DNA of 63,408 nucleotides, filler included, from Thraustochytrium aureum (GCA_012862495.1; 11 parts of 7 records of this genome joined end to end with filler, not necessarily neighbours in it), one strand, 5' to 3'; shown: positions 1-12,402, counted from the first letter of the whole stretch. Notes: a model not told the origin generated them from the letters alone. A program made the numbers and translations.

Positions 1-54
1 GAGGGAGGCGGGCCGGCCGCACGGACGGACGGAGGCGAGGTCGGCTGCTGACGG

Positions 55-801
55 ATGGGCGCGGAGGTGGTGCAGGGGCTTGTGGCTGGCACGCTGAGTG
101 CCGGGCGCGCGCCTGCGGCGAAGGAGGTAGGAGCGATTCCGAAACAGGCGGGTATCGAACGGGGTGCGGAGCAGGCCCCTTCTGCGTCTGCTGATCAAGA
201 AATTGAACTCGCTTCCGTAACCTCGACGGAAGAGCGCAGCCGACTGCTGAGCACGGGTTCTAACGCGCAGGCCAACGGCGCCGGGCACGAGCACGTCGTA
301 GAGCACGTCGTCGTGATGGAGAAGAAAAGCAGTGGCGGCGGCTGCTTGCCCTATATTGTGTGCTGCGTGACGCAGAATGGGAGCGCTTGCTGCTCCGTGT
401 TCACGGCGGTGGCGACCGTTTTCCTCGGCATCTTGGCCGGCCTTCTGACGTGGCAGCCCGAGTACATTCACGGGATCGAGGGCTCTGAAGATCCCACTGT
501 GAACAGCGAACATGCTGAACACGCCAGGCACAACGCGCTCGTGGCGTGCGGGATCTATGGCGGCCTCTTTGTGGTTTGTGTGTTGTCTTATCTTGCTCAC
601 GCAAACGCGGAAAAGAAGGCCAAGGTCGGCAAGGGGTCTGCCTCGGCGGGCGTGGAGCCTGGCTTCCACGGGACCTCGAGCTTGGACCTTTTGTTTCTTT
701 GGATGCCAACGGCAGCACGCTGGGCGGACGCTCAGAGATTACGTTGCGCTGAGCAAGTAGAAGGGCTAGGATTCGTGGATTGGGGCACCCGCTCGTCTTG
801 A
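55..801 (+). CDS. Two-TM membrane protein whose core resembles RNASEK / V-ATPase V0 subunit f
   Basis: Core CCVTQNGSACCSVFTAVATVFLGILAGLL...HNALVACGIYGGLFVVCVLSY follows the RNASEK/subunit-f pattern (Cys-rich start, TM1, loop, N-x-x-x-A-x-G-x-Y TM2). Judged by eye. True start may be the ATG at 316 and the C-terminus is uncertain. Confidence 0.5.
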   Translation: MGAEVVQGLVAGTLSAGRAPAAKEVGAIPKQAGIERGAEQAPSASADQEIELASVTSTEERSRLLSTGSNAQANGAGHEHVVEHVVVMEKKSSGGGCLPYIVCCVTQNGSACCSVFTAVATVFLGILAGLLTWQPEYIHGIEGSEDPTVNSEHAEHARHNALVACGIYGGLFVVCVLSYLAHANAEKKAKVGKGSASAGVEPGFHGTSSLDLLFLWMPTAARWADAQRLRCAEQVEGLGFVDWGTRSS

Positions 802-997
802 ACTCCTGGCAGGGGGGGCGTCTGCTCGGCTCGTGAGCTAGCTGCCACGCTCTGCCAATTGGTCGTGTGGGTGCGGTGAGAGATTGTGTACGCCTTTGCG
901 GTCAGGACGGACCGCCCTTCGCTTTCGATCCATCGATTTTCTCTCTTTCGGTTTCCCCACGCACTTGACAGCAATTCCGGCGTTTTTCGTAGTTGAT

Positions 998-1189
998 GGG
1001 CAAGCGTGAGCTCGGGCAAGCGTGAGCTCGGGCAAGCGTGAGCTCGGGCAAGCGCGAGCTCGGGCAAGCGCGAGCTCGGGCAAGCGAACCACGCCACGCG
1101 CGAGAGCCCTGCTTGAGCAGGTCTTGGCGGTTCGGGCAAGCGAACTACGCCACGCGTGAGAGCCCTGCTCGCGCAGGGCCTGGCGGTTC
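998..1189. repeat. Compound minisatellite: 5 x 16 bp (GGGCAAGCGYGAGCTC) then 2 x 56 bp units with the same GGGCAAGCG head
   Basis: Units start at 998, 1014, 1030, 1046, 1062, then 1078 and 1134. Confidence 0.9.
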
Positions 1190-1348
1190 GGCGGGCAGCA
1201 GCGGCCGACGTGCGGATCGGATCAATCAATCGCATTATTTCGCTGTGGTGCTATGTTGCGTTTTTTTGGTAGTGTCTCCCCCACTCGTTCGTGCGCAAGA
1301 CCGCGGGCGTTCTTGCGAAAAAGGCCCGCCAGCTCGCGCGCCAGTCGG

Positions 1349-4300
1349 TCAAAAGTCCGCAAAGCTGTCGAGCTTCTCGTGCACGCGGGCAAGGTCGTGC
1401 TGCACCTTCTTGCGCATGTAGTATATGCTGCAGTCGCGGCTGGAACAGAGCACGTCCATGTGCAGGCTCTTCTGGCAGCGCTGGCACTNNNNNNNNNNNN
1501 NNNNNNNNNNNNNNNNNNNNNNNNNNNNNNNNNNNNNNNNNNNNNNNNNNNNNNNNNNNNNNNNNNNNNNNNNNNNNNNNNNNNNNNNNNNNNNNNNNNN
1601 NNNNNNNNNNNNNNNNNNNNNNNNNNNNNNNNCCTGGCGGTCGAGAAAGAGGGAGGACCGGTTCGCCTCGCAGTTGGCGCACAAAGCACCCTTGTCGATG
1701 GGGGTCTTGCAGCCCAGGCACTGCGAGCGCTTCTTGGCAAACTTCATGATGCCCGTCGTCGCAGACGGCGTGGCGATGTACTTGGCGCGCGTGTGGTCCC
1801 CGCTCAGCAGGCTCTCGGGGTTTTCCATGATGGGCTGAAAGATGCGGAGCAGCGGGCGCGACAGCTGATTCTGAAGGTAGTAGTCAAAGTCGATGGCCAT
1901 GTTGTGCTCGAGCACGTAGATCGGGTCCTCGCTCTTCTCGTACGCAGGCGCGCCCTTGCTCTTTTTCACCATAACGTAGGGCACGCGGTCGCCCACCACC
2001 GGCGCGCTGCCGGCGTCGCGGACGCGCATCCGGTTGGCCAGCTCGACGTGGGCCTGCTTGGCTGCATAGTCTTCCGACTTGCCGCTGAGCGACTTGGTGA
2101 TGATCAGGAGCGAGATGTCGACCTTGTTCTGCAAGAGCGCCGCAATCGTCTCCTTGACGTACTCGACGGCGCCGCTCACAGTGTGCTCGACCAGAATCTT
2201 CCGCAGCACGGTCCCGATGACGGTGCGCACGAGCCCGCACGTGTCGCGGCGCACAACCTCGATGCCCTTGCAGTCCATCTTGTCGGGCTTGTCGGGCCTT
2301 GTCCAGTACATGCCGGCATAGCGCTTCTTGTTCATGAGCAGGTACGGAAAGTAGACCTTCTCAAACTCGAGCGCGATCGGCTTGACGAACAGCTTGGCCG
2401 TCACCTCCTCGGCGGCCCGCAGGCCCAACTTCATCGCCTCCGCCACGGTGGGGACCCCAAACTTGACCATCACAGAGTCCGTGTCGCCATAAACCACCTC
2501 GGCGTCCGCCGGAAACCCGTTCGCCTTGGTGTACGTGCTCTCCACCGCCTCTTTGGTGGCGTTGATCATGTCGCGCCCGTAGGCCGTCACCGAGGCGGAG
2601 ATCGCGAGGCAGGGCAAGGAGCCAACCGTGGCGCCCGTGAAGCCGTACACGCTGTTTGCAGACACCTTGAGCGCGAGCTGGCGGCCGTTCATCACGGCCT
2701 TGACCAGCGGGTCGGTAGCCGCCTTGAGGTCCTTCTTGGCGCGCTTGCGCGCTGCCAGCAGCTCCTCGAGGATGATCGGCAGCACGCCGCGCTGCCGCGT
2801 CGCGGTCACAAAGCAGTTGCCGGCTGGAGTCCGCTTGTAGTCCACGCCCTCGGTCAGCGCCGACTCGTCGGCCTTGGACATGAGCGTCGTGTAGCACAGG
2901 TTGTGCGCTTGCATGATCGAAGGATAGAGCGAGGCAAAGTCGAGCGTCGCGATGGGCTCGTCGTAAAACCCCTTCTTGGGCTCGATCACAGTGGCGCCTT
3001 CGTAGCCCACCTCGCCGTCGCCAGAGTTGCCGTGGCGCTTGTTGACCGGGACGATGAGGTCGTGCTCCAGGCCCTTGCGGTAGAGCATCGACAGCACCTT
3101 GATCTGTTGCCCGCGCGACAGCAGGAAAGGGATGGGCACCCCCGTCACGCGAGCCATCTCGATGTAGTTGATCAGCACCATCAGCTTTTCCATCAGCTGC
3201 AGCGGCAGGTACGAGTCCTTGAGGCAGTACACTGCGAGGCGGCGCCGGTCCTCGTCAGAGCCGCGCTGCAGGTCGGAGATGATAGAGTGGTGCACGTCTT
3301 CCTTTTGCATCCCGAGAAACTCGGCCGACACAGCGTTGAGCGTGTACGAGCTCAGGTTGTGGTTGCGCCACATGTACGTGATCATGTCGATCACGACTCG
3401 GCCATCCATCTCGATCTCCCAGTTCTCGCGCGTCCCGAACGCAGCAGAGCTAAAGGTCTTCTTCTTGGTCTGGCTAACCTTGTCCTTGACCTTGCTCAGC
3501 TGCGCAAAAGCTTGGCGCACGCCCAGCTTCTCGGCCCGGTCCAGCAGGTACGGAAAGTCAAAGTTTTGCACGTTGTACCCCGTCACGATGTCAGGGTCTG
3601 CATCGCGCACAAACGTCGACCAGGCCAGCAGCAGGTCCGTCTCCTTCTCGAAAGACTCGACGCGAGCCCCAACGATGGGCAAGCAGGTGCCCAGAACCAT
3701 CACAACGCGCGCACGCGGCTGGTCCTCGCCCTGCACCTTGAGGTAGCTTGCGATCTGGATCACCGGGTCCTTCAGCGGGTCCGGAAACGCGCCCCGCCGC
3801 CCCATGCACTCAATGTCAAAGCTCATGATTCGGAGCGGGGCGAGCCCTGCCCAGCGCTGCACGTTGTGATCGTGGGAGATTATGCTGTCGTACACGACGT
3901 CGAGCTCGAGCTGGCACCGAGAGGTGGACGTGCCTGCGCTGCGCAGCTTGAACGCGCCGCGCGGGATCTCGAGCCAGTTCCCCCCGACAATCTTGTTGTC
4001 CACCATGTACCGCAGTACGAAGGGAACGTTGCTCTCGTACGTTTGGTACTCTCGCTCCGGGTACCCGGGGCACTTGAACGAGTGTTCCAGGATGCCTCGC
4101 GCCTTGGAGACCACCAGGGGCTGCGATACGATGATCTTCAGGAACTTTCGCTTGCGCCCGTGCATGTACCCCATGATTGTCTGCTTCGAGCAGGGCAGGA
4201 CGGCCACCACCGAGGCGCTCGCGGCGCCAGAGGCGGACCGAACTGCGTTGTCCAAGGCCTCGCGGAACCGACCACAGTCGTCTTCGGTAAATGTTTCGTC

Positions 4301-4774
4301 GGGGCAGTCGCAGTAAAAGTACGGCGCCACTCCGTGAACGTGAGCCATGATGCTGTACCCTTCGCGCGACACCCCAAAGACGCGGATGATCGGCGTCTCG
4401 CCCTGGCGCAAGCCCGGCACGATGCGCCCTGGAATCGGATGCGTTGCCAGCGGTGGCCCTGTGTACATGTCCATGTCGACCCATTGGATCACGACATCAA
4501 AGTCGCTCTCGCGCATCGCCGTGGAGGGCAGAGCGGGCCGCGCCAGGCGCGTTTTCATGTCGACGTGCGCATCTTCGTGGTCTGGCGCGTCGTTCTGTAG
4601 CTCGGCCGCAAACGAGCTCTCGGGAACCTTGCTGCGCGCCGCGCCCAACCCGCCGGCCTTGCCCTTCTTGGACGCTGGTTCCTTGCCGCCCTTGCCGGCT
4701 GCTAAAAACGCTCCGGTCATCACGAGGTCGCCCTCGGCGCTGCCCTCATTCTCCGGTGCGTTGACTCGCTTCAT
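1349..4774 (-). CDS. POLD1: DNA polymerase delta catalytic subunit, apparently intronless (internal N gap 1489-1631)
   Basis: ExoI SFDIEC, Exo[14 protein letters not shown], ExoIII YCLKD, region [13 protein letters not shown], region [15 protein letters not shown], region I YGDTDS, KKRYAG, and C-terminal CysA (CLGC..CANC) and CysB (CQRC..C..RDC). Confidence 0.98.
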   Translation of the reverse strand: MKRVNAPENEGSAEGDLVMTGAFLAAGKGGKEPASKKGKAGGLGAARSKVPESSFAAELQNDAPDHEDAHVDMKTRLARPALPSTAMRESDFDVVIQWVDMDMYTGPPLATHPIPGRIVPGLRQGETPIIRVFGVSREGYSIMAHVHGVAPYFYCDCPDETFTEDDCGRFREALDNAVRSASGAASASVVAVLPCSKQTIMGYMHGRKRKFLKIIVSQPLVVSKARGILEHSFKCPGYPEREYQTYESNVPFVLRYMVDNKIVGGNWLEIPRGAFKLRSAGTSTSRCQLELDVVYDSIISHDHNVQRWAGLAPLRIMSFDIECMGRRGAFPDPLKDPVIQIASYLKVQGEDQPRARVVMVLGTCLPIVGARVESFEKETDLLLAWSTFVRDADPDIVTGYNVQNFDFPYLLDRAEKLGVRQAFAQLSKVKDKVSQTKKKTFSSAAFGTRENWEIEMDGRVVIDMITYMWRNHNLSSYTLNAVSAEFLGMQKEDVHHSIISDLQRGSDEDRRRLAVYCLKDSYLPLQLMEKLMVLINYIEMARVTGVPIPFLLSRGQQIKVLSMLYRKGLEHDLIVPVNKRHGNSGDGEVGYEGATVIEPKKGFYDEPIATLDFASLYPSIMQAHNLCYTTLMSKADESALTEGVDYKRTPAGNCFVTATRQRGVLPIILEELLAARKRAKKDLKAATDPLVKAVMNGRQLALKVSANSVYGFTGATVGSLPCLAISASVTAYGRDMINATKEAVESTYTKANGFPADAEVVYGDTDSVMVKFGVPTVAEAMKLGLRAAEEVTAKLFVKPIALEFEKVYFPYLLMNKKRYAGMYWTRPDKPDKMDCKGIEVVRRDTCGLVRTVIGTVLRKILVEHTVSGAVEYVKETIAALLQNKVDISLLIITKSLSGKSEDYAAKQAHVELANRMRVRDAGSAPVVGDRVPYVMVKKSKGAPAYEKSEDPIYVLEHNMAIDFDYYLQNQLSRPLLRIFQPIMENPESLLSGDHTRAKYIATPSATTGIMKFAKKRSQCLGCKTPIDKGALCANCEANRSSLFLDRQXXXXXXXXXXXXXXXXXXXXXXXXXXXXXXXXXXXXXXXXXXXXXXXXXCQRCQKSLHMDVLCSSRDCSIYYMRKKVQHDLARVHEKLDSFADF

Positions 4775-4990
4775 CGAGCAAAAAAAGGCGCTCGCCGAGC
4801 GAGTGCCAGAACAAAACCCGCGCCGAGTCGAGCGGAAATTGAGGCGCTCGGATGGCTGGCCGAGGCAGTGGAAATCGACGCCGTTGGGATCCCCTGCGCG
4901 CTGCCGCTGCCGCCGTTGGGAGCCCCTGCGCGCTGCCGCTGCCGCTGCCGCCGCCGCTGCTTCGCCGCCGCTGCTCCTGCTGCCTGCTGT

Positions 4991-5090
4991 NNNNNNNNNN
5001 NNNNNNNNNNNNNNNNNNNNNNNNNNNNNNNNNNTTAATTAATTAANNNNNNNNNNNNNNNNNNNNNNNNNNNNNNNNNNNNNNNNNNNN
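4991..5090. other. Artificial scaffold linker N44-TTAATTAATTAA-N44 (first of ten)
   Basis: An identical 100-nt unit with stops in all six frames recurs ten times. Confidence 0.97.
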
Positions 5091-8000
5091 CTCAATCTCA
5101 TCTGCCTTCTCCTGGCCCGCTGCCGTTAGCCTTTCCTGGAACGATCGTTCCTTGTCCTCTGCGAGCTCGAGCTGGTCCCGAAGGGCCATCAGCTCGAGCT
5201 CGGCGCGCGACTTTGCTTTCACGGCCTCCATCTCCGAGTACCGCAGACGCTCGCACTCGGAAACTTTGTCCTTGAGGTCCTGAAACGTCTTGGCCTTTTC
5301 AGCCTCAACCTGCTCCAGCAGACCCGCAGAGTGCCGTTTTTCCTTCTCGTGCTGCACCGTGGCCATTTCCACGGCCTCTTCCAAGGAGAGGATCTGGCGC
5401 CCCGAGGAGGCCAGCTTGCTTTGCGCTGACGCGAGCGAGAGCCGGAGCTCGTCCAGCTCATTGTTCGAACCGTCCGAGATGGCGCGCAGTTCGTGCTCGA
5501 GGGCGGCGACTGCCGCGTCTCGCTCGGCGACGACCTGATGGAGCCTGGCAGCCTTGTCGCTGGCTTCCAAAAGCTCTGCTTCCATGGCTTCGCGCGCCTG
5601 CCGTTCCTTCGCCGCGCGCGCGAGCGCCTCGCGCGCGGATTCCTGAAACTGTTGCGAAGCGGCCACGGCCTCGTCGCGTTCGGAATTTATTGCCTTGAGC
5701 TCCTGCTTCATCTCCTCTACGAGGCTTGCGCTCTCTGAGTGGTGCTCGCGCATGACGTGCAGCGCCCCTTCTAGCTGAGCCGCTTGGTGCTCCAAGGCCA
5801 GCCTTTCGCGGCTTGCGTCGTGTTCACGTTGCGCCAAGGTCGCCAGCAAGCGCGCCACCTCTGCTTGCTGGCGTGCAAGCTGCTCGCGCAGCTCGGCGTC
5901 GGACTGCTCCTCTTGGGCGTTCTTGCGCAGGGCACTCGCGAGCTCGAGACTTGTTGCGCTGAGGCTGCGCTCGAGCTCCTCCCTCTTCTTCTCAGCATCG
6001 CTGAGCGAGGCTGACAGCTCGGCGTTTTGCGCCCGCAGCGCGGCTACGCGACGTTGCGCGTCATCCACTGCGGTCCTGGCAGACGCCAGCCTCGCGTTGA
6101 GGTCCTCCTGCACCACGGTCGCCTTTTCTAGCTCGTGCTCGAGCTCTGCCCGGGCCTTGTCGTGAAGAGCTTGCTGCATCCCGGAAGCGCTCTTGAGTTC
6201 TCGCAGCTCTTTCGCTAGTTCTGCTTCGCCGCATCGAGCTTGTTCTTGTTGTGCCTTGGTTTGCTCGGCCTCCTTCTCGAGCCTTGCGACCCTCGCGAGC
6301 GACTCGCCAGCCGCTTGCTCTGCCTCGAAAAGCTTGTGCGCCGTGGCAGAGAGCTCCTGCTCGGTGCGCTTTTTCTGAGCCTCCAGAGCCTGAACATTTT
6401 GCTGAAGCGAGGCACGGAGGCTCGACTCCTCCGCAAGCTGCGTCTGAGCTGCCTGGAGCGCTTGCAGGCTCGCGGTAAGGGAGCCGACCTGACTCTTTGC
6501 AGAGGAGAGCTCCGCGGCCTTGGCATGCGCCTGCTCACGCGCGGCGCCAAGCTCCAGTTGCAAGCGACAGCGTTCCTTCTCCGCGAGGGCGAGCTTTGCT
6601 TCGGCGTCCGCGGCGCGAGTGGTCACAAGACTCAAGTCGCTCAAAAGCCGCTTCTCCACCTCTACTGCTGCTGCGCCAGCAGCGGACAACGCGTGAAGCT
6701 TGGCTTCTAGTTCAGCCGCCTTGGCCGCAGCTGCGTTTGCTTCGGCGACGCGCCTGCCCTCGACGTCTTCCACTCGCTTTGCGCTCGTCGAGAGCTCGCC
6801 CTCGAGCAGCTCCAGGCGCTCGAGCGTTGCTCGCAGGCTCTGCTCTCGCTCGCTTTGCGCAGCTGCTTGGACATTGGCCTCTTGCTTGGCTCTGCCAACG
6901 CGTGCTTCCAGTTCAGCTGCGCGGCGAGCAGCCTCTGCGGCTCGCTTCTCCATTTCTGCGGACGCTGCAGCATGCTCCTGTTTGAGTCGCGCTATTTCTT
7001 CCGCCTTCTCTGCGAGCCCAGCCCTGAGGCGGCCGGACTCGACACGCAGCGCCTCGAGATCGGCCTGGAGCTGCGGCACGTCTTCGCATTCGACTAAGGC
7101 TTGAATGAATTTCGCGCTGCCGGAAAGCGCGGCCTTGCGCTGCACATGCTCCACGAACGCATCTAGCGAGAGCCTTTCCTGGGCGAGGGCCTCCTCAAGA
7201 GCACCGACAATCGACGCTTTTGCACGCAGCGCGCTGGCTTCTGCTTGCAGTTTGCTTGCCGCGGCCTCGAGGGCTTCATTTGATGCTAGCGCCGCCGCGA
7301 GCTGCTTGGTCGCGGATTCGTACTTGCTGGTCACGTTCTTCAGCTCGGCCTGCGCTTGGTTGCTGCCAGAAATGCTGCTGCCGGGAGCGCCGCCACCGGT
7401 GGGCGGGCGCCGCGCCAAGACAATCGGGAGGGTTTGTTCGATGCACGCCAGCATGTCAGCAACAGTCTTGCTTGACCTGCCTTCTTGCCTGCAAGCTGGG
7501 GGGACAGGCAACAATGCCGCAGCGGCGGGCGACAGAAGCGCCGCCTTGTGCTCCTCCTGGCTGTCGTGCGCACGGCTTGCAATATCAGCCCCTTCCCGCT
7601 CGCCGTCTGACGATGCGGTTGGAGAGGGAGCACTGCCACCCTCGAGAATCGCTGAGGTTGAGCTGCGCTCTGCCGCAACGCCTGCAGGGACCAATGCCGC
7701 GTAGATGGCCTCTACACGCGCCAAAGACCGTGCCGTCTCCTGGCGCTCGCGCACCAATAACTGCTCGTACTTGACTCGCTGGAGTTCGCCGCGCTGGCGC
7801 TCGCCCGATATGGAGCCTTCGAGTTCGAGGCGCTCGTCCATGGCGGCTTCGAGTAGGTCTTCAAGCTCCCTGACACGGTCTTCGGCTAACTGCAGCTGGC
7901 GCTGGAGGTCTATTTGCTTGGACTGATCCACCTTGCGCTTTCGCATTTGGGTCTCGAGCTGGACCTTGTGCCGTTGCTGGCGCTCTTGGCGACGGCGCTC

Positions 8001-9528
8001 CTCCTCGGCTTCTCGGGACTCTAGCAGTTCCTTTTCGGAGCGGAGCTTTTCCATTTGCTGCTCCATTGCGTCGCGCTCCTGCTGCAGGCGCTGATTGTGC
8101 TCGTGAAGCGTGTGGAAGTGCGACTCGGTCATCTCACGCTTTTCCTCCCAAGACACAGAAAGCGTGGTGACAAGCTTCTCCTGGCTTTCAAGGCGCTTGA
8201 GGAGCTTGTCGCGCGTCTGCGCTCTCGACGGGCTCGACGCGGTGCCGCTGTCTTCCTTTTCTTCGTACTTTGCGAGCTGTTGGCGCAGCTCCTGGATCTC
8301 CGCCTTGAGCGTCTCGACGAGCGCCGCGTTGGACTCTTTATTTACGCGCGCCTTGTTGACAATCTTCTTGGCCCGCTCGGCGTACTTGAGCGTGCTCAGG
8401 CTCTCTTGGTAGTTGCTCGCATCCGGCGACACGGTGGCCAGCATCACTGTTTTGGCGTTGCCGCCGAGAGACTCTTTCAAAAGCCAGGTCAGCGACGAGT
8501 TGCGGTACGGGACGAACTTGGACCCGGGTTTTGCCATCTCGGCCTCTGTTGGCCGCGAGGTCAGCGCTTTAATAACATCCGAGAGGGCAGAGAGCGACTT
8601 GTTGATGTTGGCGGCCTCCTTGAGCCGCGCCCCCGTCGCCCCCGACGAGCTGACACGCTCCGAGCCGGCCAAGTCGACGAGGTACAGACGGGACTTTTGC
8701 TCCACGCGGCGCCCGTCTTCGTGCGCACGCTCTCCGCGTAGCACGAGCTGAAAGACAGCGTGCGAGCGCGAGCTCATCTTGTTCATTTGCGTCTCGGCGA
8801 CTCGCCTTGTCGCAGCGCCCTGCGTGAGGAGCTCCTTCTATTTCCGCGTAAGAGTTCACCGCAAGCGTGAGCAGGTCCTCGACGTACGCGCCTGTGGTGG
8901 GGTGTTCGCGAACGCGGAGGCTCGTGGGCTGCTCAACCTTGTTTTTGGGGTTGAGCAGATCGAACACGCGTTCGTTGTAGATTTCGAAATACGAGGCTTC
9001 CACGTGAAACGAGCCATTCTCCTCGGCGACGGTTCGCAGCTCGCGGAACAGGTTGTGGCAGAGCCGCGGGATGAACCCGGCTTGCCCGTTCGCGCCAAGT
9101 TCAATCCCGTCACCCATCATGGTGTGCGTTTTCCCAGAGCCCGTCTGCCCGTAGGCGAATAAGGAGCAGTTGTACCCGTTTAGGGCGTTCTCAATGATCC
9201 ACGGCCCATACGTGTCAAATACAGTCTCTTGCGTCGCAATCGCATTGCTCGGGTTGCTCTCGTCGAACGACCAAAAGCACGAGTCAAAGTTGAACGTCGT
9301 GCGCCACACCTCAAGGTCGTCCTCCTCGCAGCGGGAGATGTCGTCTCCTAAGTGCATGTACGCCGTCGGATCGGTGATGACAGCCGTGTCGCCGTCCATC
9401 TCCACGACGCGTTTGGCCCCTGCGGCGTGCTCGCGCTTCGAAAACGGCCTCACCCGCACGGCGACCCGAATTGCATTTGCCTCCGCCCCGCTCGTTGACC
9501 GTCGACGCAGCATCTTGTGCCTCTCCAT
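5091..9528 (-). CDS. Kinesin-3-like motor with a very long coiled-coil tail; 3'-partial; one frameshift near 8836
   Basis: IRVAVRVRPF, FNFDSCFWS, P-loop AYGQTGSGKT, EIYNE, LRVREHP (ORF 8569-9714). Continues after a 1-nt shift into NKMSSRSHAVF, LVDLAGSER, VPYRNSSLTWLLKESLGGN and neck SWEEK (ORF 5043-8786). Confidence 0.92.
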
Positions 9529-10116
9529 TCCCCTGCCGCCGCCGCTGGCGCGCGGCCTCGACGCCCGGCCTCGACGCCTTGACAGCTTTGTTGAAAGGTT
9601 TGAAACGGCGACGTCCGCCCAACGAGGTAGCCGCACCCGCCAGCACGGGCGGCCCGGCTCAAAACAGGCAAGCTCAGGCGGACTGCGTCGCGCGTGACAC
9701 CGCGCGCGCTGCACGGCGACCTTGACGATTGGGTGCGCCCTGCCGGAGAGGCGGGAGACCTTGATCGGCTGGCCGACCTAAATGTTACCGTTATGGCCGT
9801 TGAACTGCACATTGACTGCCGCTGCTCTCCGTCCGGCATGCTCTCGCGCACTCGTCTTTCTCGCGGAGCGTGCGCAGCGGCGCGCCGAGCTCGCAGCCAG
9901 TTGACCAGCAAAAGGCGCCGCTCGCGATACTGGGCCAAGGCCGCTCGGTGGGCTTGCCATCAGGTCGATCTTTGGTCGTCAGCGCACCGCCCTCGCGGAC
10001 CGAGCGGGACGGGTCCGTGCGCTGCTCTAGGTGCTCGGGTCTTCGCGCTCGGGTCTTCGCGCGCTCTGTTCTGGCTTAGGGATGCGGGGTTGTTGGGCGG
10101 CGTGGTGCTGTTTCTG

Positions 10117-11532
10117 ATGGATGCCTGTGAATACGACGAGGCGAAATACGTCCCAGCAGGCGAAGATGTGTGGCAACGGCAAGGCGAGCTCCGTGCTGTG
10201 AAGCGCGATGGCGACCGCCTTGCAGATGAACAAAAGGTGCAGTACGACCGGCTGCTCGAGGAGACGAGGGCAGAGCGGGAGCTGTGCGAGGCAGCCTTTG
10301 AGGCCGGTTTTATTGAGCGGCTTGTGGAGGGCACGATCAACCAGGGCGAAGTCGCCGCAACGATTCGTAACGAGGCAGAGCGCGTCGGCATCCCTTGGCG
10401 CGGGCTTGCGCTTGAGGAGCTGATGGATGTCCTCAAAGAAGCCGCGGAAGGGCGTCGCGCCGACCTCGGGAAGCTTCTCAAACACACCGTAGACCTTCGC
10501 TCGCGGGCCGAGGAGCTAGTCGCTGTTGCGAACCGACGCGGCGCGCTTTTGAACGAGGCGCGTGATGCAGCTATCAAAGAGATTCGCGAGTTTACGCAGT
10601 GCATGGTTGACGCGCTGCGGGAGCGCGAAGCGCAGCTGATCGAGGCTGCCCAGGACGTCGCCACTGCGCGGCGCGCAACGTTGCAGAGCGGGCTTGACAC
10701 CGCGCTCGAGCAGCGGGCAAGAGCAGAGGCCCTCCTGGAACGCGGCGGGAAGATTAAGCGCAAGGATGACTTGGGGCTTTTGTGCGACCTCGTCGACTCA
10801 CATGCTGAGCTGGACGCCCAAGCATCTTCCATGGATGCCGCGCTGCGAGTGGTGGCACAAGAGCAGGCCGACGACGCCCAGAAAGGGGCTGCTTCCGAAG
10901 CCGCCGAGAGCAAGGCTGGAGAGGCACCAGGCCAAGATGCGTTTGTGGCCCCTCGAATCCCTTTCACGTACGATCGGTTCTTGCTTCGACGCGTAGCGCT
11001 GTTTGGAACGGTTGGTAGCTTGGAGGCCTTTGACGCCACGGGTGCCGCCGGCACTGGCCTGCAGTGGGATGAAGGTCGCTCCGACGTTGACGTCTTGGAT
11101 CTCGTCGAAGGGGGCTGCACTGTCGCGCATGCAGGCACACGCGACAGGCGTGCCACAGCGTTCGCCAAAACGGGGTTTGGCAAAGGAAGAGTTGTCCTGC
11201 GAATGCGCGTGGCAGGCCTCAAACCGGGCCAGTGGGTGGCGCTTGGGGTTGCCACAGCCGCGCAGATAAACTCGCCCAGATTGATCCGAGAGAGCGTCAT
11301 TCTGGAGGCGGAAGGGCCCGACGGCTCGGCCGTTGGGTGCGCCGAGACAATCACTGAGGGTTCGACGGTGAGCTTGGCAATAGACTGCGGCACTGGGGCA
11401 GTCGAGTTCTACAAGAGTGGAGCCCGCATCAAGCTTGCGGCCGTCGAGGTCGGGCGGGCTGGGCCGGCCCCGCACTTTTTCGCTTACTGCACCTTGTTCC
11501 ATGCCGGGCAGCGCGCCTCGTTGGTTCGCTGA
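10117..11532 (+). CDS. Coiled-coil (BBC-like) plus C-terminal SPRY/B30.2-like protein
   Basis: Helical region with L..RE..L pattern, then LQWDE...GF.KG...WVALGV...GSTVSLAIDC..G.VEFYK.G typical of SPRY. Divergent from the kinesin gene. ATG at 10117. Confidence 0.65.
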   Translation: MDACEYDEAKYVPAGEDVWQRQGELRAVKRDGDRLADEQKVQYDRLLEETRAERELCEAAFEAGFIERLVEGTINQGEVAATIRNEAERVGIPWRGLALEELMDVLKEAAEGRRADLGKLLKHTVDLRSRAEELVAVANRRGALLNEARDAAIKEIREFTQCMVDALREREAQLIEAAQDVATARRATLQSGLDTALEQRARAEALLERGGKIKRKDDLGLLCDLVDSHAELDAQASSMDAALRVVAQEQADDAQKGAASEAAESKAGEAPGQDAFVAPRIPFTYDRFLLRRVALFGTVGSLEAFDATGAAGTGLQWDEGRSDVDVLDLVEGGCTVAHAGTRDRRATAFAKTGFGKGRVVLRMRVAGLKPGQWVALGVATAAQINSPRLIRESVILEAEGPDGSAVGCAETITEGSTVSLAIDCGTGAVEFYKSGARIKLAAVEVGRAGPAPHFFAYCTLFHAGQRASLVR

Positions 11533-11783
11533 GCATCGACCCTGCAGTAGCTCTCGGTAGCCTAGCTAGCTAGAGAGAGAGAGAGCGCGCTCTCGAGCTG
11601 GAGAGAGTGGGGAGAGCTGGAGCGAGCAACGCTGAGGGTGCTCGCCGCCTCTAAAGCCTCCGCGAGAGTAGAGTGGGGCAAGGTTGCGAGAGGTTTGGCA
11701 TACACAACTACTACGACCACTATTCCCTTTTTCACTTGCGTTCGAGCCAAGGCAGCACGGTCTTGCGAGCACCAATCGCCAGC

Positions 11784-12402
11784 TCACAACAAACTCTTGT
11801 TGACTTGCGACATGATCGCCTCGGGGATGGGGCACGGCTTGCGCGACTCGGAGTCCACGAAAACATGGACGAAGTGGCCATGGGCCGCAAGCGTCTCGCT
11901 CCCGTGCTGAAAGATCCCTACCTCGTAGCGAAGAGAGGAGCGGCCTGCGTGTGACACGTACAGACCAGCCTCGATGATCTCTGGGTACTCGAGGGGCGCG
12001 TAATAGTTGCAAAAGCTCTCGACGCAGAGCCCGATCGCTTTGGACTCGGTGGGCACCAGGCCAGCCTCCTTGATGAGAAAGTGGTTGATGATCGTGTCAA
12101 AGAACGAGTAGTACACTGCCGTCGAGCGCGCTGTCAGGGCCACTTTCAAGAAGCGTCCTCCAAGCCCACCCTCGGCACCTCCAAGCTGGCACCTCCCAAC
12201 TTCACTTACCGACGTTGTTGACGTGGCCGTACATGTCGTTGTCGCTCCACCTTGTCTGGATCGGCAGCCAGTACCTGTACCTCTCGCGCGGTTTGCTGCG
12301 CGCCTCGCCCGCGCCTCCTGCCGACGTGGCCATTGGCCGCACGCCAGCCACGAGCTGAGCTCCGCGGCGCGCCGGCGAAGCGAGTCGCAACATAGCAGCC
12401 AT
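11784..12402 (-). CDS. Hotdog-fold acyl-CoA thioesterase (4HBT/YbgC family) with probable mitochondrial presequence; intron 12116-12209
   Basis: Exon 1 IQTRWSDNDMYGHVNNV, donor GTAAGT at 12209, CTGAC branch point, CAG acceptor at 12116. Exon 2 VYYSFFD...GRSSLRYEVGIF...GHFVHVFVD...PIP. Splicing restores the frame. N-terminus is Arg/Ala-rich. Confidence 0.9.

Noticed and set aside
1253..4600. 1115-aa ORF antisense to POLD1, and many other long antisense or alternative-frame ORFs
   Set aside because: Shadow ORFs produced by strong GC3 bias. No motifs, and fully overlapping conserved genes.
1349..4774. Family B polymerase as a viral or Polinton marker
   Set aside because: It has both Pol delta C-terminal Cys clusters, host codon usage and no intein. 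It is the nuclear Pol delta.
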